A stretch of DNA of 64,000 nt. Source: a virus. Its lineage: Duplodnaviria; Caudoviricetes. Below the pieces are notes generated by a model. That model saw nothing but the letters and a program-made list of their open reading frames with translations, did not search any database and was not told the origin of the DNA. The stretch spans positions 2,936 through 66,935 of the IMG/VR virus record IMGVR_UViG_2521172663_000002; one strand, given 5' to 3'. Each line of letters opens with the position of its first letter. The stretch's first letter is position 1. This document shows, one piece after another, positions 1 to 9,352 of this stretch. The position numbers were made by a program, and so were the translations under genes.

Positions 1-581
1 AAGCCTCGAGGAATGCCATCCTCTTCATTTGGGGCTAACTGAACGATGATATCGTCGCCACGCGCTATTGGCTTGGGTGGATTTGTCCAGACGGTTTCGC
101 CCGGCTTATACCTAGGGTACATGCTTTCGCCGTCGACGTACGTTGCGTAAGCCTCGACGACTCCCGCCAGGTGTGGCGGCCTCCACTCCCAGCCCATGAC
201 CTGCCCATTAAACTCAAACTCACCGTCTGACCCTCCTTTTGACCTACCCAGCACGGGTACGTCACGCTCCCCGGACGGCGGTTTAGGAGCGGCAATAATG
301 CTGCCAGTACTGATTTGAGGCGCAGTTGCCTGACGCAGAGCAGGGATCATCCGCTCTGTCTTTTCCGATTCTGTCGTTGCCTCGGCCATGAGGTCGAGAA
401 ATTCCGATTCGCGCAGGCCAAGAGACACGGCGAGCTTCTGCCAGTTGCGCATCATCGATATCTTCCCCTTCTCCCAATCGGAGACGGTGGTCTGCTGCGC
501 ACCAAAAAGGTTGCCGAACGCCTTCTGCGTTAAGCCCATTTCCTTGCGCTTAGACCTTATGATGTCGCTCAGCTTTGCCAT
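1..581 (-). CDS. CI/LexA-like repressor (XRE HTH + S24 peptidase), 3' end runs off the window
   Basis: Translated by hand, absent from ORF track: MAKLSDIIRSKRKEMGLTQKAFGNLFGAQQTTVSDWEKG (HTH) ... DVPVLG ... YVDGESMYPRYKPGE (S24 catalytic Ser motif); open to position 1. Confidence 0.9.
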   Translation of the reverse strand, partial: MAKLSDIIRSKRKEMGLTQKAFGNLFGAQQTTVSDWEKGKISMMRNWQKLAVSLGLRESEFLDLMAEATTESEKTERMIPALRQATAPQISTGSIIAAPKPPSGERDVPVLGRSKGGSDGEFEFNGQVMGWEWRPPHLAGVVEAYATYVDGESMYPRYKPGETVWTNPPKPIARGDDIIVQLAPNEEDGIPRG

Positions 582-585
582 GCGT

Positions 586-658
586 ACCGGTATAACGGAA
601 AAATATCGGAAAATAAAACCGGTTTAGAGTTGACACTAAACCGGTAAAGCGGTAGAAC
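586..658 (+). promoter_or_regulatory. Rightward sigma70-like promoter with three ACCGGT palindromes (putative operators of repressor 1)
   Basis: TTGACA 630-635, 17-nt spacer, TAGAAC 653-658; ACCGGT at 586, 618, 640. Confidence 0.6.
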
Positions 659-737
659 CAAAATCAACAGCGGCCACACAAGAAGCCGACAGGGCAAAAG
701 ACCCCAAGACGAACCTGCAGCATGAAAGGGAATGCGC

Positions 738-875
738 ATGTTTAAGGATTGCGAAAGAAGACGATCGACGACCCAAGCGCTGATCGGCATGAGCGCCATG
801 ATGGCGAGAAGAAGATGGGAGCATGAAGCTCCCGACCGCAGAAGAAGATGGCGGCCAGTGACCGGGCCGCCGTAA
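738..875 (+). CDS. Possible 45-aa Arg-rich peptide
   Basis: GAAAGGGA upstream of ATG; MFKDCERRRST...WEHEAPDRRRRW; could instead be non-coding structured RNA. Confidence 0.3.
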   Translation: MFKDCERRRSTTQALIGMSAMMARRRWEHEAPDRRRRWRPVTGPP

Positions 876-931
876 ACGCCAGAAACCGACTGGCGATAAC
901 AAAACCAATAATGCCAGAAGGGGAGACGACT

Positions 932-1054
932 ATGAGAAAGACCGCAAAAAATGACTTCGAAAACTTAGCGCCGGTGGAGCATGAAGCTCTGCCGGCGTTG
1001 TCGTGCATGCAGCATAAAACGAAAAGGGGCGTAATGAGCCGGCACCACCCGTAA
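932..1054 (+). CDS. Possible 40-aa peptide
   Basis: GGGGAGA RBS; MRKTAKNDFENLAPVEHEAL. Confidence 0.4.
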   Translation: MRKTAKNDFENLAPVEHEALPALSCMQHKTKRGVMSRHHP

Positions 1055-1148
1055 CTCCGCCCCTTCTCCGTACTAACACGCCGAGGAGACCTTCGCCGTA
1101 AGGCGGGATCAAAGCGCGTGTTCCATATCCGACACCACATCGGACAGC

Positions 1149-1180
1149 CAATTCCTACACAAATTTGTAGGAATTGTCAA
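1149..1180 (-). promoter_or_regulatory. Leftward promoter with ACAAATTTGT operator inside an 11-bp inverted repeat
   Basis: Minus strand TTGACA-17nt-TAGGAA; caattcctaca 1149-1159 / tgtaggaattg 1166-1176; ACAAATTTGT 1159-1168. Confidence 0.65.
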
Positions 1181-1204
1181 GTGGCAATGCAGGTTGCCAA
1201 CCTG

Positions 1205-1807
1205 CTATGCCGCCACCACCCGCTCCGAAAGGACGATGACATGAACAGCTTCCACGTTCTTCACTTCAACCTGCGAGCCATCGTAGCGGCTAAGCTGAAC
1301 AGCGCCGTTGCTCATTCCTTCAAATCGCCCGATCCAAGCGAATCCGCCCGAATGAGCGAGCACGTCGTCACCAACGGCTGGCCAGCGGGAAGGGTCAAGC
1401 CACGCTTTCACGCCGACGTGGAAGACGGGCTCCATCACTTTCGTGTCGATGACGATCGCGTACCGGCCTTCGGGGATACGTTTGCGGCCGTCGTTGATGG
1501 GCTCGAATTTGAATTTTCCGGCTTTGCGGTCGGAGATCTTGCCGTAGGTGCGGGCAACCGTAATAGGCGTGATGGAAGGAGCGGTTTCTGCCGCCTCGCG
1601 AGCCATCTCTGCCACGTGATCTTCGGAGACACCCAGGAAGGCGGCAATCGCCGGGAATTGCCTAGGTCTTGGAATGACGCCAGCCTTCCAGGTGCTGTAG
1701 GTCTGCTGAGGCACGCCTAGCTCTTCGTACACAGCGCGATCCTTTACGGCTCTCCGCTTCTGTTCTTTCAGTATCGACTGCAGGAGGCGCGACTTAACTT
1801 CAGGCAT
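1205..1807 (-). CDS. Second CI-like repressor (HTH + degenerate S24-like domain)
   Basis: ELGVPQQTYSTWKAG HTH; DTKVMEP in place of GxSMxP; ends VVAA. Confidence 0.8.
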   Translation of the reverse strand: MPEVKSRLLQSILKEQKRRAVKDRAVYEELGVPQQTYSTWKAGVIPRPRQFPAIAAFLGVSEDHVAEMAREAAETAPSITPITVARTYGKISDRKAGKFKFEPINDGRKRIPEGRYAIVIDTKVMEPVFHVGVKAWLDPSRWPAVGDDVLAHSGGFAWIGRFEGMSNGAVQLSRYDGSQVEVKNVEAVHVIVLSERVVAA

Positions 1808-1827
1808 GCATTCACCTTGGTGAAATC

Positions 1828-1856
1828 TTGACAAATTTGTAAAAATAGTTTAGTTT
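1828..1856 (+). promoter_or_regulatory. Early rightward promoter with operator ACAAATTTGT
   Basis: TTGACA 1828-1833, 17 nt, TAGTTT 1851-1856; near-identical copies at 12125 and 58247. Confidence 0.8.
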
Positions 1857-1910
1857 CATAGCCCTGCTGCTTTGTCAACCACAAGGCGGCCACCACGCAG
1901 AGGAGACGAC

Positions 1911-2255
1911 ATGACGCTTATCACCAGCACTATGCTGGCGGATATGCACGCGCGCCGTGAAAACGGTGAGAGCGTCGCAGATATCGCCGCCAGACACAAC
2001 GTCAAGCCAATGGCTGCATACCAGCGGCTGCGGCGCACATACGGCCTGCACAAGCAGCGCGCCTTCATCCCGGCCAACGATAACGCCCCAGACCGCACGA
2101 CGCACTTGGCGCCGCACAACGGCGGCTGCTCCACGCTTTCCGGCCTTTTGCCGGTTTCGCTGCCGCGCGTTCTTGCAGCCGCAAACGACAATGCTGACGA
2201 TCTGGCAGCCGGGCAGGCGGTCAACGACTACGCGCTGCGTGGGGTGGCGGCATGA
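1911..2255 (+). CDS. Cro-position HTH-like protein with two ANDN motifs
   Basis: GAGGAGA RBS; GESVADIAARHNVKPMAAYQRL HTH-like; first gene after early promoter; ends GVAA. Confidence 0.7.
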   Translation: MTLITSTMLADMHARRENGESVADIAARHNVKPMAAYQRLRRTYGLHKQRAFIPANDNAPDRTTHLAPHNGGCSTLSGLLPVSLPRVLAAANDNADDLAAGQAVNDYALRGVAA

Positions 2256-2533
2256 CTTGCGACTGCGATTTCTTCAATTTCGGCGATCCAGTCCGCAATC
2301 GACAAAACCCTCATCTCACTGGCGTCGTCATCGGCGATCGCAACTGGGGCAGCGAGTACCAGGTGCGCCTTGCTGACGGCGCGACGACGATCTGGTGGCA
2401 CGGCTTCGAGATCGAGCACGATCCGGATGGCGAACCGCCAGCGAAAGAGGACGACGACACCAACGTCGTCAAGGTGGACTTCACACAACGGCGCGCGATG
2501 ACCGCCGAAACAACAACGGAAGGAGCGGCGTGA
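2252..2533 (+). CDS. Hypothetical SH3/KOW-like phage protein
   Basis: FNFGDPVR..GVVI..YQVRL pattern; ATGA coupling. Confidence 0.65.
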   Translation: MTCDCDFFNFGDPVRNRQNPHLTGVVIGDRNWGSEYQVRLADGATTIWWHGFEIEHDPDGEPPAKEDDDTNVVKVDFTQRRAMTAETTTEGAA

Positions 2534-3645
2534 TGGGTGAGTTTAAGAAGGGTGATTTTGTGCGCGTTAAAGACAATCGCGGTGCGCCGATGGACTATAA
2601 GAATGGCGACGTTTGCCAAATCAGCGCCGTGCGCGACGATCTAGTCTTCTCGAATAAAAAGCCCGGAATGTTTGCCAAGCGCTTCGAACCATGGCAGCCG
2701 CGCGTCGGCGAGCGGGTGCGTTACGGCGGAAGGAGCACAGTCTACAGCGAGAAGGAGCTGATTGGCATTGAAGGGCAGGTCACCGGATTGGATGGCAATC
2801 TCGTCACTGTCAAATGGGACAAAGCGATTGTCGATGGCATCATGACCGGGGGTGCGAAATATATCGAGAACATCGAGCCCATCATCACAGCCGCCACGCC
2901 CGAACAGCCCGCCACTATCAAGATCGAGGCTGGCAAGTTCTACAAGACGCGCGACGGACGGAAAGCCGGGCCCGCCTTCATCTCTGGAAACATCGCTACG
3001 TTCGGCAACGCAAGCAACTATGCTAGCGCTGTTTGGTCGGATGACGGTCGATCGTCGAGCCGTGAGGACAAATTGAGCCTCAAAGACAACGATATTGTCG
3101 CCGAATGGATCGACGAGCCCGTCGCCAAGCCCAGCAACGACAACGCGAAGCCGAAGTTCAAGGTCGGCGACATCGTGAAGCGTTCGAATGGTTTCATGCC
3201 TCACCAGCGACTTCGCATCACCAAAGTCGAGGGCGAGCGTTATAGCGTCGAATGGCTGGTCGGCGGACCAGGTAGTATCGATACCTGGCGCGGGTATGAA
3301 TTCGAGCTGGTTACTCCGGCACCCACACCCACCTCCATCGTCGCCCTCATCGAGAGCGGCCAGCCCAAGCCATCGTCGACACCGCACGTCCACACTTCCG
3401 CCGGCGCGGCCGAGAAGGAAGCCAAGCGCCTTGCGGCCAAATACAAGGGCCAGCAGTTCGGCGTGTTCACGCTGACCACCACGCATGAAGAAGCCGCACC
3501 GGTCTATGACCACAAGTGGCAGAACATGGCGGCTCTGGGCCTCAAGATCGACGCGATCAAGGAACTGCGAGCTGTTGCCGGCCTTACTTTGAAGGGTGCC
3601 AAAGACGCCGTCGAGGCGTGGATCGAATACGAGAACGCCGCCTAA
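2533..3645 (+). CDS. Multi-KOW-repeat protein with C-terminal ribosomal L7/L12-CTD-like domain
   Basis: FKKGDFV, PRVGERV, FKVGDIV repeats; KIDAIKELRAVAGLTLKGAKDAVE; TGATG coupling. Confidence 0.75.
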   Translation: MGEFKKGDFVRVKDNRGAPMDYKNGDVCQISAVRDDLVFSNKKPGMFAKRFEPWQPRVGERVRYGGRSTVYSEKELIGIEGQVTGLDGNLVTVKWDKAIVDGIMTGGAKYIENIEPIITAATPEQPATIKIEAGKFYKTRDGRKAGPAFISGNIATFGNASNYASAVWSDDGRSSSREDKLSLKDNDIVAEWIDEPVAKPSNDNAKPKFKVGDIVKRSNGFMPHQRLRITKVEGERYSVEWLVGGPGSIDTWRGYEFELVTPAPTPTSIVALIESGQPKPSSTPHVHTSAGAAEKEAKRLAAKYKGQQFGVFTLTTTHEEAAPVYDHKWQNMAALGLKIDAIKELRAVAGLTLKGAKDAVEAWIEYENAA

Positions 3646-3705
3646 CCGGCGCCAGCGGCTGGCTACCAACCAGCCGCACTTCACCACATCATTGAGGAGA
3701 CAATT

Positions 3706-3897
3706 ATGAAGGATGCATTCGCAATCCTCGTCGCGACGCTCATCACGCTTGTGCCGCTCAGCGCTGCCGTCGCTGCTTGGGTGACGCACGTCTATGTGTG
3801 TATTCAGGCCAGTGCATGGATCCTGCTAGCCTTCGGGTGCGTCGTCGCGCCTGTCGGCATCATCCACGGCATCGGCGTTTGGTTGGGAGCGTTCTAA
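3706..3897 (+). CDS. Small membrane protein
   Basis: GAGGAGA RBS; two hydrophobic segments. Confidence 0.7.
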   Translation: MKDAFAILVATLITLVPLSAAVAAWVTHVYVCIQASAWILLAFGCVVAPVGIIHGIGVWLGAF

Positions 3898-4121
3898 TGA
3901 CGTCCCCTTGGTACACCGAATCCACCACGCCACCCATCGACTACGTGCCGGTCACACCAACGCCGCGCAAGTATGTCCTTCGCGGATTGAAGCGCGGTGC
4001 ATTCGCCGCCCTGACAGCGGTAGTGGCCATTGGCCTCGTTATGCTGTTCCCGTTGGCGATCGTGGCTATCGCCGTGCTCGGCGCATTCTGGTGGCTGTTT
4101 TGCCTCCTCTACGCTCGCTGA
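3897..4121 (+). CDS. Small membrane protein
   Basis: TAATG coupling; MTSPWY...; hydrophobic C-terminal half. Confidence 0.6.
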   Translation: MTSPWYTESTTPPIDYVPVTPTPRKYVLRGLKRGAFAALTAVVAIGLVMLFPLAIVAIAVLGAFWWLFCLLYAR

Positions 4122-4210
4122 TCCCAAACTGGCAGTGGCTGATCGTCTTTGCAGCCGCTGCCTACATCGCAGCCATTGTTTTCACCACACCACCACACTG
4201 AGGAGGCCTT

Positions 4211-4984
4211 ATGGCTATTTCACTTAGCAGCTTGAAGTCGACGAAGAGAGCTGACCCGCCAGTCATCCTACTCTACGGCGTCGACGGTATCGGCAAAACC
4301 AGCCTTGCCGCCGAATTTCCTGACGCGCTCTATCTGCCCACGGAAGGCGAGCGCACACCGTCCGATATCGAGCTTGTCACGCCCGGCACCATTGAAAGCT
4401 TCGACGAGCTGCTCGACGTGTTCGGCGAACTGCTAACTGATGAGCACGACCGCAAGACAGTTATAATTGACAGCCTCGACGGTCTGGAGCCGTTGGTATG
4501 GGCCGCGACATGCCGTCGTATCGGTGTGGCTTCGATCGAGGAGGCTGGCTTCGGCAAGGGTTACGTTGAAGCCGACAGCGAATGGAATGAGCTCATGGCG
4601 GCTGTATCTGCCCTCGCTCAACGCGGCATCTGCGTGGTCATGCTTGCTCACCCTGAAATCGTCCGCTTCGACAGCCCTGTCACCGACCCGTACAGCCGCT
4701 ATCAACCGAAGCTGCACAAGCGCGCCAATGCCTTGGTGCGCGAGAAGTCCGACATCGTCGCGTTTATGAACTATCGCATCTCTATCAAGGAGAAGGAAGT
4801 CGCGCGGCAAACCAAAGTCTCACACGCTGAGGGCGGCAAAGAGCGTCAGGTGCATCTGTCGGAAGGCGCCGGCTTCAACGCGAAGAACCGCTACAGCATG
4901 CCTGATGCCGTGCCTTACCGAAAAGGGCAGGGCTATGCCGAACTGGCGAAGCACTTCCCGGCGCCGACGGGAGTGGCCGCATGA
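4211..4984 (+). CDS. Sak4-like (AAA_24) ssDNA-annealing ATPase
   Basis: YGVDGIGKT Walker A, VIIDSLD Walker B, AKNRY; next to SSB-like gene. Confidence 0.85.
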   Translation: MAISLSSLKSTKRADPPVILLYGVDGIGKTSLAAEFPDALYLPTEGERTPSDIELVTPGTIESFDELLDVFGELLTDEHDRKTVIIDSLDGLEPLVWAATCRRIGVASIEEAGFGKGYVEADSEWNELMAAVSALAQRGICVVMLAHPEIVRFDSPVTDPYSRYQPKLHKRANALVREKSDIVAFMNYRISIKEKEVARQTKVSHAEGGKERQVHLSEGAGFNAKNRYSMPDAVPYRKGQGYAELAKHFPAPTGVAA

Positions 4985-5136
4985 CCATGTTCCGCGGCGA
5001 GTCGTGGTTCGCGTGGCACCCCGTAAAGGCGCGCACTCGCTCCGGCCAGTTGATCTGGGTCTGGCTCACTTATGTCTGGCGCGACCAGGCATCGACGCAA
5101 TTCGGTAGCGGGCCTTTCCGCTACTACCTCCGCTAA
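4981..5136 (+). CDS. 51-aa hypothetical phage protein
   Basis: ATGA coupling; WFAWHPV...WVWL pattern common in phage small proteins; not in ORF track. Confidence 0.6.
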   Translation: MTMFRGESWFAWHPVKARTRSGQLIWVWLTYVWRDQASTQFGSGPFRYYLR

Positions 5137-5166
5137 GCACCCCACCACACCACAAGGAGACTACGC

Positions 5167-5745
5167 ATGGCCAAGATTGGCGTCAGAGTTGAAGCGACCG
5201 AAGAGAACACCCAGCAGCGCGATTTCACCAACCTGCCGAATGGCGACTACCAGCTTGAGATCAGCGCGTCCGAGATCAAGGAAAAGAACAAGGATACCCG
5301 CGACCACGCCATCAATCTGAGCGTGACAATCGACGTCCTTGCTCCCGAGGAACTCAAAGGCCGCAAGGTCTTCAACAACTACAATCTGCAGCATCCAAAT
5401 TCTCAGACGCAGGAGATCGGCCAGCGCCAGTTTGCCTGCCTCCTGCGCTCACTCGGCCTCAATGAGGCACCTGAAGATTCTGATGAATTGCATTTCATCT
5501 CGTTCTTTGCCCGCATCGGAATGGGCAAGGACAGCAAGGAGAAAAACGCCGACGGTACCCCGAAGTACGCGGCCCGCAACGAGTTGAAGAAGTACTACTA
5601 CCCAGATGAGGGCAACCTGCCTGAGCCGAAGGTTGATGCTGCGCCAGCCGCAGCCAACGACAACCGCCGCACTGCCGCCAGCAACGACAACAAGCCCGCC
5701 GCTGCGGCCGCTGGTACGACGCGCCGGCCGTGGGGCAGCAAGTAA
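5167..5745 (+). CDS. DUF669-like ssDNA-binding protein
   Basis: LPNGDYQLEI, GRKVFNNYNL, disordered tail ending PW; follows Sak4. Confidence 0.75.
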   Translation: MAKIGVRVEATEENTQQRDFTNLPNGDYQLEISASEIKEKNKDTRDHAINLSVTIDVLAPEELKGRKVFNNYNLQHPNSQTQEIGQRQFACLLRSLGLNEAPEDSDELHFISFFARIGMGKDSKEKNADGTPKYAARNELKKYYYPDEGNLPEPKVDAAPAAANDNRRTAASNDNKPAAAAAGTTRRPWGSK

Positions 5746-5805
5746 CCGTCAACGCGGGCTGTCTCACCAGCGGCCCGCTATTTCACCACAAGAGGAGATT
5801 TGCGC

Positions 5806-6558
5806 ATGGGATGCGATATTCATTTCTATGTTGAAAAGAAAATCGGCGACCAGTGGGTCACTGCTGACGAATGGGAAGACGACAAATACGACGAGGGTCG
5901 AAAGACCGTAGACTACAAGAAGCAGTTCTACAGCGGCAGATCGTACAATCTGTTTGCCATCCTAGCCGACGTCCGCAACGGTCGCGGATTTGCAGGGGTG
6001 AAGACAGGAGAAGGGTTTAACCCGATCGCCGCTCCGCGCGGAGTGCCCGACGATTGCTGCTCTGAATATCGGCAGATGATGGAGGACTATGGTTGCGATG
6101 GGCACTCGCACTCGTATTTCACCCTCGCAGAGTTGCTGGCTTACGATTGGACGCAAGTCACGCAACAACAGGGCTGGGTCAACCCGATTGAGTGGGCTCG
6201 GTGGCGCGACTACGGGAAGCCTAACGGCTGGAGCGGCGATGTAGGCGGCGGCAACGTTCGCCATCTCAGCAACCAGGAATTCGAGGCAGCTTGGCAGAAG
6301 GTGCGCCAAGAACAAGGCTATCCCGAGCAGCGCTACGCGTCTGCGCACTTGAACCGTCATCAAGAAGATGCGGGTGACCTGAAGCGCTTCAGGGAGATTC
6401 TCGGCGGCTCGCCATACACATTAGTGTCTTGGACTGAACCGTATTTCGAGGCCATCAACGGCGAGTTCTTCAGCCGCACCATCCCGCGCTTGCTCAAGGT
6501 CTCTCACGATGCCGGCGGCGCGGACAACGTGCGAGCGACATTCTTCTTCGACAACTAA
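5806..6558 (+). CDS. Conserved hypothetical phage protein
   Basis: MGCDIH...YNLFAILADVRN...HSHSY...FFFDN pattern; GAGGAGA RBS. Confidence 0.75.
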   Translation: MGCDIHFYVEKKIGDQWVTADEWEDDKYDEGRKTVDYKKQFYSGRSYNLFAILADVRNGRGFAGVKTGEGFNPIAAPRGVPDDCCSEYRQMMEDYGCDGHSHSYFTLAELLAYDWTQVTQQQGWVNPIEWARWRDYGKPNGWSGDVGGGNVRHLSNQEFEAAWQKVRQEQGYPEQRYASAHLNRHQEDAGDLKRFREILGGSPYTLVSWTEPYFEAINGEFFSRTIPRLLKVSHDAGGADNVRATFFFDN

Positions 6559-6617
6559 CCACCACCCGCCTGCCGCTCACCACGGCAGGCGCCACCACAA
6601 TCACCGAGGAGACACCC

Positions 6618-7670
6618 ATGCACCTTGTCATCCACAAGGAAGACCTGACGCGTGCGCTTGCCGCCACGACGAAAGTCGTCGAGGCAAGATCCACCATTCA
6701 CATCCTGTCGAGCGTTCAAGTTGCTGCCGCAGGTGAAGGCCTTGCTATCACGGCAACCGACCTCGATATTATTGCCACCGCAGGCGTACCTGCTGAGGTC
6801 AGCAAGCCAGGCAACATCTGCGTCAGCGCGAAGCTGCTCAACGACATCGCGCGCAAGGCAACCGGCGACATCACCATGACGCTGGATGGTGACAAACTTC
6901 TGGTGAAGTCCGGACGGTCGCGCTTTTCTCTTGCCACGCTGTCAGCAGATGACTTCCCAACGCTCGGCGACGACAAGTTCGACGCTGAATTCGAGATTGA
7001 TCTGGCAGGACTGTTCGCGCCAGTCTCGTTCGCCATTTCGACCGAGGAAACTCGCTATTATCTAAACGGCGTGTTCTTCAAGGGCGGCAAGTCCGAAGCA
7101 GTTGCGACAGACGGCCACCGTCTCGGCCGCCACTACGGTCCAGAGCTGCCAGCCTTCGACGGCATTATCGTGCCGCGCAAGACCGTTGGCCTGTTGCCAA
7201 AAGGCAAGGTGCAGGTGGCTGTGAGCCAGCAGAAAATCCGCATTGTTTCGGACGATGTGCGCATTACCTCAAAGCTGATCGATGGCACGTTCCCAGATTA
7301 CGAACGCGTCATTCCGAAAAGCAACGAACGCGTCGTGACTGTCGATCGCGATGCACTGATGAAGGCGTCCGATCGTGTGTCGACGGTGTCGTCTGAGCGT
7401 GGCCGCGCCGTGAAGTTCAGCATCGCGCCCGGCAGCATCGCGCTCGCTGTTGCAGCTGGCGAGGCGTCGGCAAATGACGAAGTTGAGGCGGAATACAGCG
7501 GCGAGCCGATGGATATCGGTTTCAATGCGGCATACGTCCGCGACGTGCTGAATGTGCTTCCGTCTGGACCGGTCAAGCTGGCCTTGCAAGATGGTGGCAC
7601 GCCGGGACTGATTACGTCCGATGGCTTTGAGGGGCTGACTCTCGTTTGCATGCCTATGAGGGTCAGCTGA
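6618..7670 (+). CDS. dnaN: Phage-encoded DNA polymerase III beta sliding clamp
   Basis: ATDLD, STEETRYYLNG, ATDGHRL, SKLIDGTFPDYERVIP, IGFN, MPMRV. Confidence 0.95.
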   Translation: MHLVIHKEDLTRALAATTKVVEARSTIHILSSVQVAAAGEGLAITATDLDIIATAGVPAEVSKPGNICVSAKLLNDIARKATGDITMTLDGDKLLVKSGRSRFSLATLSADDFPTLGDDKFDAEFEIDLAGLFAPVSFAISTEETRYYLNGVFFKGGKSEAVATDGHRLGRHYGPELPAFDGIIVPRKTVGLLPKGKVQVAVSQQKIRIVSDDVRITSKLIDGTFPDYERVIPKSNERVVTVDRDALMKASDRVSTVSSERGRAVKFSIAPGSIALAVAAGEASANDEVEAEYSGEPMDIGFNAAYVRDVLNVLPSGPVKLALQDGGTPGLITSDGFEGLTLVCMPMRVS

Positions 7671-7710
7671 TGGTGGCTCTTGTAATCTTCGCTTCTGGGG
7701 TGGGGTCATA

Positions 7711-8658
7711 ATGGCCCCACTACCCAAACCAGAATCCAGTACAGTCCGCGCCATCTATGCAGCCTACGAAGCCGCAGCCTCGTCATGGGACAGCCTCGGC
7801 ATATCCGTCGGCGAGGCCAACAATCCGTGCGACCGCGCACTCTGGTACGCCTTCCGCTGGGCCTCGCCGCTCGAAAAGCACCACGGTCGCCAGCTGCGCC
7901 TGTTTGAAACCGGCAACATCGAGGAAGACCGGCTAGTTGCCGACCTCGAACGCATCGGCGTCGATGTCTATGGCCAGCAGGACAAAATCAGGCTGGTACA
8001 GGGCCACGTGCGCGGCAAGTGCGATGGCAAGGCCATGGGTGTCGTCGAGGCGCCAAAGACCGAGCACCTGCTCGAATTCAAGTCGAGCAACGCTAAGGGC
8101 ATGAAGGAGATCATTAAGAAGGGCTGTAAGGAGGCAAAACCACTTCACTACGGCCAGTGCCAGCTCGGAATGCATGCCTTCGGGCTATCGCGCTGCCTCT
8201 ATCTCGTCAGCTGCAAAGATGACGACACGCTCTACGCTGAGCGCATCGAATACGATCCGGAGTTCTGCCTGCGTCTGCTGGCGCGGCTAGAACGTATCAT
8301 CAACTCGCCGGAGCCGCCTTCACGCATCAACGAGGCACAGGACTGGTTCGAATGCATGTTCTGCAAGCACAAGCCTGTCTGCAAGGAGGGCGCTTGGCCC
8401 CGCGTGACGTGCCGGTCCTGCATCCACTCTTCACCGGAGATGGGCGGCGATGGTCATTGGTCGTGCGCGCGATGGGCAAAGCCGATCTCGTTCGACGAGC
8501 AAAAGGAAGGCTGTCCCACGCATCTCACCATCCCGGCTCTCGTGCCAGGCGAACAGACGGATTGCGACGAGGAAGCTGAGACGATCACTTACGTGCTGCG
8601 GGACGGAAATCATTGGGTGGATGGTGGAGGAGATCCAATCCAACACGTAAAAGTTTGA
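7711..8658 (+). CDS. Cas4-like PD-(D/E)XK exonuclease
   Basis: GKCDG, LLEFKS, HYGQCQ, Cys cluster ECMFCKHKPVC. Confidence 0.8.
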   Translation: MAPLPKPESSTVRAIYAAYEAAASSWDSLGISVGEANNPCDRALWYAFRWASPLEKHHGRQLRLFETGNIEEDRLVADLERIGVDVYGQQDKIRLVQGHVRGKCDGKAMGVVEAPKTEHLLEFKSSNAKGMKEIIKKGCKEAKPLHYGQCQLGMHAFGLSRCLYLVSCKDDDTLYAERIEYDPEFCLRLLARLERIINSPEPPSRINEAQDWFECMFCKHKPVCKEGAWPRVTCRSCIHSSPEMGGDGHWSCARWAKPISFDEQKEGCPTHLTIPALVPGEQTDCDEEAETITYVLRDGNHWVDGGGDPIQHVKV

Positions 8659-9233
8659 TTGTCTGCGAACGCAGACTGCGCAATGCGAGGGCCTTTCCTG
8701 ACGACGTCAAAACCACCAACTATTCTGCTACGTCTTGCAACGGACACGGTGACGCCGGAAATGTGGTTGGAGTAAATTGCGTCCTCTGAGCGTTCGAATT
8801 GCATTAAGTCGGTACCTGTGCATCTGGGCATCTGCTTTTTTCTGCCAGGTGACGCGAAATTCAATCTTGATGTCTCCTTCGCACGCAAAATTCTGGATGG
8901 GTACTCCAGCGAGTTTGGTGTCAGAGGTTGGGGATTTTCTTGTTTAAGAAAAGGGAAGGAAGGGGTGAAACGACTGCCCGTCTGGTTTTCCGAAGCGCTG
9001 ATGTCAACACGGGTGCTTGCTGGTTTGCCAGTGGAAGACCTGACTTCGTCGCCGGGGAGTACAGTTAGTATGCTAAGTGAGAGAACAACTAATATCGGAT
9101 AACAAAATGTAGCGACAGTCGCGAGGTTTGCAATGTCTGCAAGCGTTGGTCTTTTGTTACCAACGTTCACTGTGGGGGAAGGGTAAAAATGGTTCGTTAT
9201 ACTGATGTTCGAACTTCGATACCTCTTTCTCAA
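8610..9233 (-). CDS. Lower-GC hypothetical membrane-anchored moron (start uncertain)
   Basis: Antisense insert with hydrophobic segment; no family recognised. Confidence 0.4.
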   Translation of the reverse strand: MRKRYRSSNISITNHFYPSPTVNVGNKRPTLADIANLATVATFCYPILVVLSLSILTVLPGDEVRSSTGKPASTRVDISASENQTGSRFTPSFPFLKQENPQPLTPNSLEYPSRILRAKETSRLNFASPGRKKQMPRCTGTDLMQFERSEDAIYSNHISGVTVSVARRSRIVGGFDVVRKGPRIAQSAFADNQTFTCWIGSPPPSTQ

Positions 9234-9352
9234 AATCTATAGCTCCCCATGTATGCGGATACGTAATGGATAGGATCGCTGATAGTTAATGAAATGACAA
9301 CATAAATTTGAAGGCGCCACCAACGCCTGAGCCACCACATGAGGAGACCACC

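Noticed and set aside
1118-1720. 200-aa plus-strand ORF
   Set aside because: Shadow of the second repressor, which has clear HTH features.
2641-3789. 382-aa minus-strand ORF
   Set aside because: Shadow of the coupled early gene 2533-3645.
7711-8658. CRISPR-associated Cas4
   Set aside because: No array or other cas genes; sits in a Sak4/SSB recombination module.
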